DNA of 64,000 bases from the human T2T-CHM13v2.0 reference genome, Homo sapiens: assembly GCF_009914755.1 (NCBI RefSeq), contig NC_060933.1. One strand, given 5' to 3'. The notes under the pieces are model-generated. The model was not told where the DNA came from. It saw only the letters and a program-made list of their open reading frames with translations, and did not search any database. This document shows, piece by piece, positions 1 to 13,285 of this stretch; the stretch's first letter is position 1; every line of letters starts with the position of its first letter. The position numbers were made by a program, and so were the translations under genes.

Positions 1-1785
1 GAATGGAATGGAGTGGAAAGGAATTGAATAGAATCAAACCAAATGGAATGGATTGGAATGGAATGGAATGGAATGGAATGGAATGGAGTGGAATCAACCC
101 GAGTGCAATGGAATGGAATGGAATGGAATGGAATGGAATGGAATGGAATGGAATCTACCCGAATGGAATGGAATGAAATGGAATCGAATGGACTGGAATG
201 GAATGAAATGGAACGGAATGGAATGGAATCAATTCGCGTGGAATGGAATGGAATGGAATGGAATGGAATGGAATCAACCCGATTGGAATGGAAGGGAATG
301 GAATGGAATGGAACGGAATAAAATGGAATGGATCGAAATGGAATGGAATGGAATCAACCCGATTGGAATGCAATGGAATGGCGTGGAATGGAATGGAACG
401 GAATGGAATGGAGTTGAGAGGAATCGAATAGAATCAACCCGAATTGAATGGATTGGAATAGAATGGAATGGAACGGAATCAACTTGAGTGGAATAGAATG
501 GAATGGAATGGATCAGAATGGAATAGAATGGAATGGAACGGAATGGAATGGAATGGAATCATTCCGAGTGGAATGGAATGGAATGGAATGGATTGGAACG
601 GAATGGTATGGAATGGAATGGAATGGAATCAACTGGAAAGGAATGGAAACAACTGGAATGGAATGGATTGGAATGGAATGGAATGGAATCAACCACATTG
701 GAATGAATGGGAATGGAATGGAATGGAATGGAACATAATGGAAAGGATTGGAATGGAATCAACCAGAGTGGAATGGAATGGAATGGATTGAACTGGAATG
801 GAAGGGAATGGAATGAAATTAAATGGAATGGAATGGAATTAACCCGAGTGTAATGGAATGGAATGGAATGGAATGGAATGGAAAGGAATCTACCCGAATG
901 GAATGGAATGGAATGGAATCAACACGAGTGGAATGGAATGGAATGGAATGGAATGGAATGGAATGGAATGGAATGGAAAGGATTGGAATGGTATGCAATC
1001 CACCCGAGTGGAATGGAATGGAATGGAATGGAAAGGAATGGAATGGAATGGAATACAATAGAATGGAATAGAATGGATTGGAATGGCATGGAATCAACCC
1101 GAGTGGAAGGTAATGGAATTCAATGGAATGGAATGGAATGAAATGGAATGGAAAGGAGTGGAATCAATCCCAGTGGAATGGAAGGGAACGGAATGGAATG
1201 TCATGGAATGGAATGGAATGGAAAGGAATGGAATCAAACCGAGTGGAATGGAATGTAATGGAATGGCATGGAATGGAATTGAATGGAATGGAATGGAATG
1301 CAATCAAACCCAGTGGAATGGAATGGAATGCAATGGAATGGAATGGAATGGAAAGGAAGGGAATGGAATGGAATTAACTGGAATGCAATGGAATGCAATG
1401 GAACGAAATGGAATGGAATCAACATGATTGGAATGGAAACGAATGGAATTGAATGAAATGGAATGGAAAGGAATAGAATGACATCAAACCAAGTGGAATG
1501 GAATGGAGTGGAATGGAATAGAACGGAATGGAATCAACAGGAGTGGAACAAAATGGAATGGAATGGAAGGGAATGGAATGGAATCAACCGGAGTGGAATG
1601 GAATGGAATGGAATGGAATCAAATGGAATGCAATGGAATGTAGTGGAATCTACCCGAATGAAATGGAATTGAATGGAGTTGAATGGAGGTGAATAGAAAG
1701 GAATGGAATGAAATCAAGTCGAGTGGAATGGAATGGAATGGAATGGAATGGAATGGAATGGAATGGAATGGAATAGAATAAAATG
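1..1785 (+). repeat. Human Satellite III (HSat3) array, (GGAAT)n on + strand with interspersed CAACCCGAGT-type decamers
   Basis: Continuous GGAAT pentamers interrupted every 50-150 bp by GAATCAACCCGAGT or variants (e.g. 91-104, 271-284, 1091-1104). This pattern is the established HSat3 signature. Confidence 0.95.
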
Positions 1786-4700
1786 ATTCCATTCCATTCC
1801 GTTCCATTCCATTCCATTGCAATCAATTTTATTCCATTGTATTGCATTCCATTCCATTCCACTCCGGATGATTCCATTCCATTCCATTGCATTCCATTCC
1901 ATTCCATTCCACGCGAGTTGATTCCATTCCATTCCATTCCATTTCATTCCATTGAACTCCATTCGATTCCATTCCATTCCATTTCATTGGGGTAGATTCC
2001 ATTCCATTCCATTCCATTCCATTCCATTCCATTCCATTCGGGTAGATTACATTCCATTGCATTTCATTCCATTCCTTTCCTTTCCATTCCATTCGGGTAG
2101 ATTCCATTCCATTCCTTTCCATTTCATTCCCTTCCATTCCATTTGGGTTTATTCCATTCCATTCAATTCCATTCCATTTTATTTAATTCCATTCCATTCC
2201 ATTCCATTCCAGTTGATTCCATTCCATTCAAATCCATTCCATTCCATTCCATTCCATTCCATTCCACTCGGGTTGATTCCACTCCATTCCACATCATTAT
2301 ATTTCATTCCAGTAAATTCCATTCCATTCCATTCCATCCTTAACATTCCCATTCATTCTACAGGGGTTGATTGCATTCAATTCCATTCCATTCCATTCCA
2401 TTCCATTCCATTGCATTCCATTGCATTGCACTCCATTCGATTCCATTCCATTCCATTCCATTCCATTCGGTTGATTCCATTCCATTCCATTCCATTCCAT
2501 TCCATTCCAATCCATTCGATTCCGTTTCATTCCATTCCAATCCACTCTGGTTGATTCCATTCCATTCCATTGCATTCCATTCCATTCCCTTCCATTCCAC
2601 TCGGGTTGATTCCATTCCATTCAATTCCATTCCATTCAATTCCATTCCATTCCATTTGATTTCATTCCATTCCATTCCATTTGGGTTGATTCTATTCATT
2701 TCCTTTACACTCCATTCCATTCCATTTCATTCCATTCCATTCCACACCATTCCATTCCATTCCATTCCATTCCATTCTATTCCATTCGGGTTGAATCCAT
2801 TCCATTCCATTTCGTTCCATTCCATTCTATTCCATTCCATTCCATTCCATTCCATTCCATTCCATTCCATGCCATTCCATTCGGGTTGATTCCATTCCAT
2901 TCCATTCCATTCCGTTTCATTCCATTCCATTCCAAAGGAGTTGATTCCATTCCATTCCATTCCATTTCATTCCACTCCACTACATTCGATTCCATTCCAT
3001 TCCATTCCATTCGGGTAGTTTCCATTCCATTGCATTCCATTCCTTTCCATTCCATTCCAGTTGATTCCATTGCATTGAATTCCATTCCATTCCATTCCAT
3101 TCCACTCGTGTTGATGCCATTCCATTCAATTCCGTTCCATTCCATACCTTTTCATTTCATTCCACTCGGGTTGATTCCATTCCATTCCATTCCATTCCAT
3201 TCCATTCCAGTCCAATGCACTCGGGTTGATTCCACTGCATTCCATTCCATTTCATTCCTTTCCTTTCCATTTCATACAATTCCGTTCCATTCCATTCCAT
3301 TCCAATCCATGCCCTTCAATTCCATTTCATTGCTTTCCATTCCATTTCATTTGATTCCATTCCACTCCACTCCACTCGGTTTGCTACCATTTCATTCCAA
3401 TCGATTCCATTCCCTTCCATTCCACTCGGGTTGATTCCATTCCATTCCATTCCATTCCATTGCAATCCATTTAATTCCATTCTATTCCATTCCATTCAAC
3501 TCCATTCCATTCCATTCCATTCCATTCCATTCCATTCCATTCCATTCTACTCCATTCCATTCCATTCCATTCCATTCAATTCCATTCTGGTAGATTCCAT
3601 TCCATTCCATTATATTCCATTCATGTAGATTCCATTCCATTCCATTCCTTTCCTTTCCATTCCATTCCATTCCACTCAGGTTGATTCCATTCCATTCCAT
3701 TCCATGCCATTCCAATCGGGTTGATTCCATTCTATTCCATTTCGTACCATTCCATTCTATTCCGTTCCATTCCATTCCATTCCCTTCCATTCCAATCGGG
3801 TTGATTCCATTCCATTCATTTCCATTCCATTCCATACCATTCTATTCGATTCCATTCCATTCCACTCGGGTTGATTCAGTTCCATTCCATTCCATTCCAC
3901 GCGACAAGATTCCATACCATTCCATTCCCTTTCATTCCATTCCACTCCATTCGATTCCATTCCATTTCCATTCCATTCGGGTAGATTCCATTCCTTTCCA
4001 TTCCATTCCATTCCATTCCATTCCTTTCGGGTAGATTCCATTCCATTCCATTCCATTCCCTTCCATTGCACTCGGGTTGTTTCCATTCCATTTAATTGAA
4101 TTCCATTCCATTTAATTCCATTCCATTCAATTCCATTCCAGTTGATTCCATTCCATTCCATTCCATTCGGGTTGATTCCACTCCATTCCATTTCATTATA
4201 TTCCATTCCAGCAAATTCCATTCCTTTCCATTCCATTCCACTCAGGTTGATTCCATTCCATTCCATTCCATTCCATTCCATTCCTTTCTATTGCATTCCA
4301 CTCGGGTTGAATCCATTCATTCCATTCCATTCCATTCCATTCCCATTCATTCCACTGGGGTTGGTTCCGTTCCATTCCATTCCATTCCATTCCATTCCAT
4401 TCCATTCCTTTCCATTCCATTCCACTCGGGTTGTTTCCACTCCATTCCATTTCATTATATTCCATTCCACTAAATTCCATTCCATTCCAATCCATTCCAT
4501 TTTACTCAGGTTGACTCCATTCCATTCCATTCTATTCCATTCCATTCCATTCCATTCCATTCCCATTCATTCCACTGGGGTTGATTCCATTCCATTCCAT
4601 TCCATTCCATTCCATTAAATTCCACTCCATTCCATTCCGGTAGATTCCATTCCATTCCATTCCATTCCATTCACTTCTATTCCATTCCATTGCACTCGGG

Positions 4701-7700
4701 TTGATTCCACTCCATTCCATTCCTTTCCATTCCATTCCACTCGGGTTGATTCCATTCCTTTCCATTCCATTCCATTCCATTCCATTCCCTTCCATTTCAC
4801 TCGGGTTGATTCCATTCCTTTCCATTCCACTCCATTACATTCCCTTCCATTCCATTCGGAATGATTCCATTCCAATCCATTCCATTCCATTCCTTTCCAT
4901 TCCCTTCCAATCCATTCCACTTCACTCCATTCCTCTCGAGATGATTCCATTCCATTCCATTCCATTCCAATCCATTCCATTTGGGGTGATTCTATTCAAT
5001 TCCTTTCCACTCCATTCCATTCCATTCCGTTCCACAACATTCCATTCAATTCCATTCCATTCCAATCGGGTTGATTCCATTCCATGCCATTCCAATCCAT
5101 TCCATTCTAGTTGATTCCATTCCATTCCATTCCATTCCGTTCCATTCCATTCCATTCCACTCGGGTTGATTCCATTCCTTTCCATTCTACTCCATTACAT
5201 TCCCTACTATTACTCTCGGAATGATTCCATTCCAATCCATTCCATTCCATTCCAATCCATTCCATTCCATTCCATTTCATTCCATTCCATTCCATTCCGA
5301 TTGTTTCCATTCCATTGCATTCCATTCCATTCCATTCCCTTCCCCTCGGGTTGATTCCATTCCATTCCGTTCCTTTCCATTCCATTGCAATCCATTTAAT
5401 TACATTGTATACCATTCCATTCCATTAAACTCGGGTTGATTCTATTCCATTCTATTCCATTCCATTCCGGTTGACTCCATTCAATTCCATTCCAATCCAT
5501 GCAATTCCACTCCATTTCATTCCCTTCCATTCCATTCCATTGCATACCTTTCCAATCCATTCCATTCCATTCCATTCCACTCGAGTTGTTTCCATTCCAT
5601 TCCAGTCCATTCCATTCCATTCCGTTTCATTCCATTCCTGTCCATTCGATTCCATTCCATTCCATTCGGGTAGATTCCTTTCCATTCCATTCCATTCCAT
5701 TACATTGCACTCGGTTTGATTCCATTCCATTCCATTCCATTCCATTCCATTCCATTCCTTTCCATTCCATTCCGTTGCTTTCCATTGCACTCGGCTTGTT
5801 TCCATTCCATTCCATTGCATTGCATTGCATTCCATTCCATTCCATTCCATTCCATTCCATTCCATTCCACTCGGGTTAATTTCATTCCTTTACATTCCAT
5901 TCCATTCCTTTCCTTCCATTCCACTCGTGTTGATTCCATTCCTTTCCATTCCACTCGATTACATTCCCATCCATTCCACTCGGAATGATTCCATTCCATT
6001 CCATTCCATTCCACTCCATTGCATTCCATTCCAATCCATTCCATTCCATTCCATTCCACTCGAGTTGATTCCATTCCATTCCATTCCCTTCCATTCCAAT
6101 CGTGTTGATTCCATTCCATTCAATTCCATTTCATTCCATTTAATTTCATTCCATTCCATTCCATTCCAGTAGATACCATTCTATTCTATTCCACTCGGGT
6201 TGAATAAATTCCATTCCATTTCAATATATTCCATTCCAGTAAATTGCATTCCATTCCATTCCATGCCACTCGGGTTGATTCCATTCCATTCCATTCTATT
6301 CCATTCCATTCCATTCCATTCCATTCCTATTCATTCCACAGGGATTGATTCCATTCCATTCTACTCCAATCCATTCCATTCCAGTTGATTCCATTCCATT
6401 CCATTCCATTCCATTCCACTCGACTTGATTCGATTCCATTCCATTCCATTTCATTCCACTCCACTCCATTCGATTCCATTCCATTCCATGCCATTCGGGT
6501 AGTTTCCTTTCCATTCCATTCCATTCCATTCCATTCCATTCCATTCCATTCCATTCCACTCAGGTTCACTCTATTCCATTCCATTCCATTCCTTTCCATT
6601 CCAATTCAGTTGATTCCATTCCATTGAATTCCATTCCATTCCATTTCATTCCACTCGGGTTGATGCCATTCCATTCCATTATATTACATTACATTCCACT
6701 CGAGTTGATTGCTTTCCATTCCATTCCATTCCGTTCCATTCCATTCCATTCCATTCCATTCTATTCCATTGCACTCGGGTTGATTCCATTCCATTCCATT
6801 CCCTTCCACTCGGGTGACTGCATTCCTTTCCATTCAATTCAATTCCATTCCACTGCTTCCGGTTGATTCCATTCCATTCCATTCCATTCCAATCCATTCC
6901 ATTCCACTTTGGTTTATCCATTCCATTGCATTCCATTCAATTCCATTTCTTTCCATTCCATTCCATTCCATTCCATTGCACTCAGGTTGATTCCATCCCA
7001 TTCCATTCCATTCCATTCCATTGCATTCCATTGCATTCCATTCCATTCCATTACATTCCACTCGAGTTGATTGCTTTCCATTCCATTCCATTCCGTTCCA
7101 TTCTATTCCATTGCACTCGGGTTGATTCCATTCTATTCCATTCCCTTCCACAATGGTGACTGCATTCCATTCCATTCAATTCCATTCCATTCCACTGCAC
7201 TCTTGTTGATTCCATTTCATTCCATTCCATTCCAATCCGTTCCATTCCACTCTGTTTTATCCATTCCATCGCATTCCATTCCATTCCATTCCATTCCATT
7301 CCATTCCATTCCATTGCACTCAGGTTGATTCCGTCCCATTCCATTCCATTCCATTCCATTCCATTCCATTCCTTTCCATTCCATTCCATTCCTTTTCCTT
7401 CCATTCCATTCCATTCCATTGCACTCGTGTTGATTCCATTCCATTCCTTTTAATTCCATTCCATTCCATTCCATTCCACTCGGGTTGGTCCATTCCATTG
7501 CATTCCATTCCATTCCATTTCTTTCCTTTCCATTCCATTCCATTCCATTCCAATCGGGTTGATTCCATTCCATTCCATTCCATTCCATTGCATTCCATTC
7601 AACTAGGGATGATTCCATTCCATTCCATTCTGTTCCATTTCATTCCATTCTATTCCATTCCATTCCAATAGGGTTGATTCCACTCCACTCCATTCCCTTC

Positions 7701-10700
7701 CATTCCATTCCATTCCATTCCATTCCATTCCATCCCATTTCGTTCCATTCAATTCCATTACATTCCATTCCTCTCGGATAGATTCCCAACTATTCCATTC
7801 CTTTCAATTCCATTCCGTTAAATTCCATTAAATTCCATTCCATTCCATTACATTACATTCTGTACTGTTCCATTCTGTTTCATTCCATTCATTCCATTCC
7901 ATTCCATTCCATTCATTCCCTTCCAATCCATTCCATTCAATTCCATTCCACTCTGGTTGATTCCATTTCATTCCATTCGATTCCGTTCCATTCCATTCCA
8001 TTCCTTTCCATTTCATTCCATTCTATTCCATTCCATGCCATTCTATGCCATTCCTTTCCATTCCACTCGCGCCGTTTCCATTCCATTCCTTTGCATTCCA
8101 TTCCATTGCGTTCCATTCCATTCCTTTCAGTTCCACTCAGGTTGATTCCAATCCATTCCATTCCATTCCTTTCCATCTCATTCCAGTTGGGTTTATTCTC
8201 TTTCTTTCCATTCCATTCCATTCCATTCCATTCAACTCGATTTCATTCCACTCCATTCCATTCCATTCCTCTTGGTCTCATTCGATTCCATTCCATTCCA
8301 TTCCATTCCATTCCATTCCATTTCATTCCTTTCCATTCCATTCCACTCCATTTCATTCGATTCCATTCCATTCCACTCCATTCCATTCAATTCCATTCCA
8401 ATACATTACTTTACACTGCATTACATTAAATTCCAAACGCGTTGATTCCATTCCATTCCATTCCATGCCATTCCAGTCCATTCCATTCCATTCCATTCCA
8501 TTCCATTCCAGTCGGGTTGATTCCATTCAATTCCATTCCACTACATTCCATTCCATTGCATTCCATTCCATTCCATTCTACTAGTGTTGATTCCATTTCA
8601 TTCCATTCCAATCCATTCCATTCCATTCCATTCCATTTCATTCCATTCCAATCCATTCCATTCCCTTCCATTCCATTCCACTTGCGTTTTTTCCGTTCAT
8701 TTCGATTCCATTCCATTCCATTCCATTCCATTCCATTCAACGTGGATTGATTCCAATCCATTCCATTCCATTCCATAACATTCCATTCCACCTGGGTTGA
8801 TTCCATTCCATTCCATTGCATTCCAATCCCTTCCCTTCCACTCGGGTTCATTCCATTCCAATCCACTCCATTCCATTTCATTCCATTCCATTCCATTCCA
8901 TCGAATTTCATTCAATTCCATTCAATTCCATTAAATTTCTTTCCATTCCATTCCATTCCATTCCCTTGCATTCCACTAGATTCCATTACATTACATTTCA
9001 TTCTATTCCATTCCACTCGTATTGATTCCATTCCTTTCCATGCCATTCCTTTCCATTCCATACCATTCCAGTCCATTCCATTCCATTCCATTCCACTCGG
9101 GTTGAATCCAATCCATTCCATTCCATTCCATTCCAGTCCGTTCCAGTCCACTCGTGTTGATTCCATACAATTCCATTCCACTCCATTCCTTTCCATTCCA
9201 TTCCATTCCATTCCGCTAGGGTTGATTCCATTCAATTCTCTTAAATTCCATTCCATTCCATTCCATTCCATTGCACTCGTGTTGATTCCATTCCATTCCA
9301 TTAAATTCCATTCCATTCCATTCCATTCCATTCTACTCGTGTTGATCCATTCCACTGCATTCCATTCCATTCCATTTCTTTCCTTTCCATTCCATTCCAT
9401 TCCATTCCAATCGGTTTGATTCCAATCCATTCCACTCTATTACGTTCTATTGCATTCTATTCCTTTCCATTCCATTCCATTTCATTCCATTCCACTCGTG
9501 TTTATTCAATTCGATTCCATTGCATTCCATTCCACTAGGGATTATTACATTCCATTCCATTCCATTCCATTCCATTCCATTCCGTTCCATTTCATTCCAT
9601 TCCATACCATTCCAATAGGATTGATTCCATTCCACTCCATTCCACTCCATTCCATTCCATTCCATTCCATTCCATTCCATTCCATTCCATTCCATTCCAT
9701 TCCACATTGGTTGATTGCATTCCACTCCATTCCATTCCATTCCATTTCATTCCAATGGAATCCATTCCTTCAATTCGGGTTGATTCCATTCCATTCCATT
9801 CCGTTCCATTCCATTCCATTCCTTTCTATTCCACTTGATTCAATGCCATTCCACTCCTTTCCATTACATTGGATACCATTCTATTCATTCCACTCGGGTT
9901 GATTCCATTCCATTCCATTCCATTCCAACGGGATTGATTCCATTCCATTCCATTCCATTCCATTCCATTCCATTGCCTTCCATTTCATTCCATTCCATTG
10001 CATTGCCTTCCATTCCATTCCATTCCATTCCATTCCATTCCATTCCACTTCACATGGGTTGATTCCATTCCACTCCATTCCATTCCATTCCATTTTATTC
10101 CAATGGAATCCATTCCTTCAATTCGGGTAGATTCCATTCCATTCCATTCCATTCCATTCCTTTCTATTCCACTTGATTCCATTGCGTTCCACTCCTTTCC
10201 ATAACATTCCATACCATTCCATTCATTCCACTCGGGTTGATTCCATTCCTTTCCATTTCATTTCATTCCTTTCTATTCCTTTTCTGTTGATTCCATTCCA
10301 TTGTATTGCATTCCATTCCATTCCATTCCATTGCATTCCATTCCTTTCCATTCCATTGCAGTTGATTCCATTCCGTTCCACTCCATTCCATTCCATTCAT
10401 TTCCACTTGGGTTGATTCCATTCCATTCCATTCCATTCCGTTCGGTTCCATTCCATTGCATTCCATACAATTCCACTCGGTTTGATTTCATTCCATTCCA
10501 TTCCATTCCATTCCATTACATTCCATTCCATTGCATTCCATTCCACTCGGGTTGATCCATTCCATTCAATACCATTCCATTCTATTCAAGTTGATTCAAT
10601 TACATGCTATTCCATTCCATTGCATTCCGTTGCATTCCATTCCTTCGCGTTGATACCATCCCATTCCTTTCCGTTTCATTCCATTCCATTCCTCTCGGGT

Positions 10701-12020
10701 TGATTCCCTTCCATTCCATTCTATTCCACTAGGGTTGATTCCATTCCATACCAGTCCATTCCATTCCATTCTATTACATTCCACTCAGGTTGATTACATT
10801 CAATTCCATGCCATTCCATTCCACTCTGATTGATTGCGTTCCTTTCCTTTCCATTCCATTCCATTCCAATCCATTCCATTCCATTCCATTCCATTCCATT
10901 CCACTCCCGTTGTTTCCATTCCATTCCATTCCTTTCCATTCCAATCCACTTGTGTTGATTCCAATCCATTCCATTCCATTCCATTCCATTCCATTCCATT
11001 CCATTCCAGTCGGGTTGATTCCCTTCCATTCCAGTCCATTCCATTCAATTCCATTCAATTCCATTCCATTCCATTCCATTCCATTAAATTCCACTCCATT
11101 CCATTCCATTCCATTCCTTTCCCATTGATTCCATTCCATTTAATTCCATTCCATTCCATTTCATTCCATTACATTACATTCCACTCCTGTTGATTCCTTT
11201 CCGTTCAACTCCATTCCATTCCATTCCATTCTACTCAGCTTGGTTCAAATCAATTCCATTCCACTCCATTCCATTCCATTCAATTCCATTTCACTCGGGT
11301 TCATTCAGTTCCGTTCTTTCCATTCCATTCCATTCCATTTCATTCCATTCCTTTCCTTTCCTTTCCATTCCACTCGGGTTGATTCCATTCCATTTGATTC
11401 CATTCAATTCCATTCAAGTTGATTCAATTTCAGTTTATTCCATTCCATTCCATTCTATTCCATTCCATTCCATTGCATTGCATTCCATTCCAGTCTAGTT
11501 GTTTCAGTTGTGTTCCCTTGTATTCCATTCCTTTCCATTCCATTCCATTACATTCCATTCAATTCCTTTCCACTCGTGTTGATTCCATTCCATTCCATTT
11601 CATTCCATTCCATTGCATTTCACTCTGGTTGATTCCATCCCATTCCAATCCTTTCCAATTCTTTCTATTCCATTCCATTCTATTCCATTCTCTTCCATAC
11701 CACTTGGGTTTATTCCATTGCATTCCATTCCATTCCTCTAATGTTGATTCAATTCGATTCTGTTCCATTCCATTCCATTCCGTTAAAGTTGATTCCATTC
11801 AATTCCACTCCATTCCATTCCATTTCACTCGGGTTGATTCAAACTATTCCATTCCATTCCATTCCATTCCATTCCATTCCATTCCATTCCAGTTGATTCC
11901 ATCCCTCTCCATTCCATTCAATCCTATTCCATTCCAATCCAATCCACTCAGGTTGATTCAATTCCATTTTATTCCACTCCATTCCATTCCATTCCACTTC
12001 ATTCTATTCTATTCCATTCC

Positions 12021-12285
12021 ACTCGGATTGATTCCATTCCATTCCATTCCTTTATATTCCTTTGCATTCCAGTTCATTCAATTCCATTCTATTCAATTCC
12101 ATTCCATTCCATTCCATTCCATTCTATTCCAGACCATTACACTCGGGTTGATTCCATTCCATTCCATTCCTTTATATTCCTTTGCATTCCAGTTCATTCA
12201 ATTCCATTCTATTCAATTCCATTCCATTCCATTCCATTCCATTCTATTCCAGACCATTACACTCTGGTTGATTCCATTCCATTCC
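12021..12285. repeat. Near-perfect 120-bp tandem duplication (about 2.2 copies)
   Basis: 12028-12144 is identical to 12148-12264, including the rare words TTTATATTCCTTTGCATTCCAGTTCA and AGACCATTAC. Confidence 0.92.
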
Positions 12286-13200
12286 CTTCCATTCCATTTC
12301 ATTTGATTCAATTCCATTCTATTCCATTCCATTCCATTCCGTTCCAGTTCATTCCATTCCTTTCCAATACATTCCATTGTATTCCATTACATTCCAATCC
12401 ACTCGGGTTGATTCAATTCCATTCTACTCCATTCAATTCCATTCCATTCCTTTCCATTCCTTTCCTTTCCATTCCAGTCCATTCCTTTCCAATCAATTCC
12501 ATTCCATTCCACTTGGGTTGATTCCATTCCTTTCCATTCCATTCTATTCCATTCCTTTCTATTCCATTGAATTCCATTCCATTTAATTCCATTCCAATCT
12601 ATTCCATTCCATTCGATTCCACTTGATTCAATTCCATTCTATTCCATTCCATTCAATTCCATTCCTTTGCATTTAATTCAATTCCACTACACTCATTTTG
12701 ATTCAGTTCCTTTATATTCCATTCAATTTCAATCCATTGCATTCCATTTCACTCGGGTTGATTCAATTCCATTCCATTCCATTTCATTCCAATCCATTCC
12801 ATTCCACTCTACACGGGTAGATTCAATTCCAATCTATTCCATCCCATTCCTTTCCATTACATTCCATTCCAATCCATTCCACTCCATTCCATTCCAATCG
12901 GGTTGATTCCATTCCATTCCATTCCACTGCATTCCATTGCAGTTGATTCAATTCCATTCTATTGTATTTCATTCCATTCCTTTCCAGTTGATACCATTCC
13001 ATTCCATTCCGTTCCACTCCTTTCCATTCCTTTCCATTCCACCCTGGTTGATTCAGTTCAATTTCATTCCACTCCATTCCTTTCCATTCCTTTCCATTCC
13101 ATTCCATTCCATTCAATCCCACTCGGTTTCATTCCATTCCATTTGATTCAATTCCATTCCATTCCATTCCATAACTTTCCATTCCAGTTCATTCAATCCC

Positions 13201-13285
13201 ATTATATTACATTATATTACATTACATTACAATACATTACATTACATTACATTACATTACATTACATTACATTACATTACGTTAC
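13201..13285. repeat. (ATTAC)n pentamer microsatellite of about 17 units, in register with the surrounding ATTCC
   Basis: The sequence reads attatattacattatattacattacattacaatacattac(attac)n gttac, then returns to attcc actcgggttg. Confidence 0.92.

Noticed and set aside
1771-1795. Possible heat-shock element (nGAAnnTTCn) created by the inversion junctions, also checked at 14641-14650
   Set aside because: The spacing and bases do not fit. Junction 1 reads AAA-TGA-TTC and junction 2 reads TTC-TA-TGA.
9749-9761. Micro inverted repeat ATTCCA-A-TGGAAT, duplicated at about 10097
   Set aside because: It is too short to separate from point-mutation decay of a motif, and the second copy comes from the 348-bp duplication.
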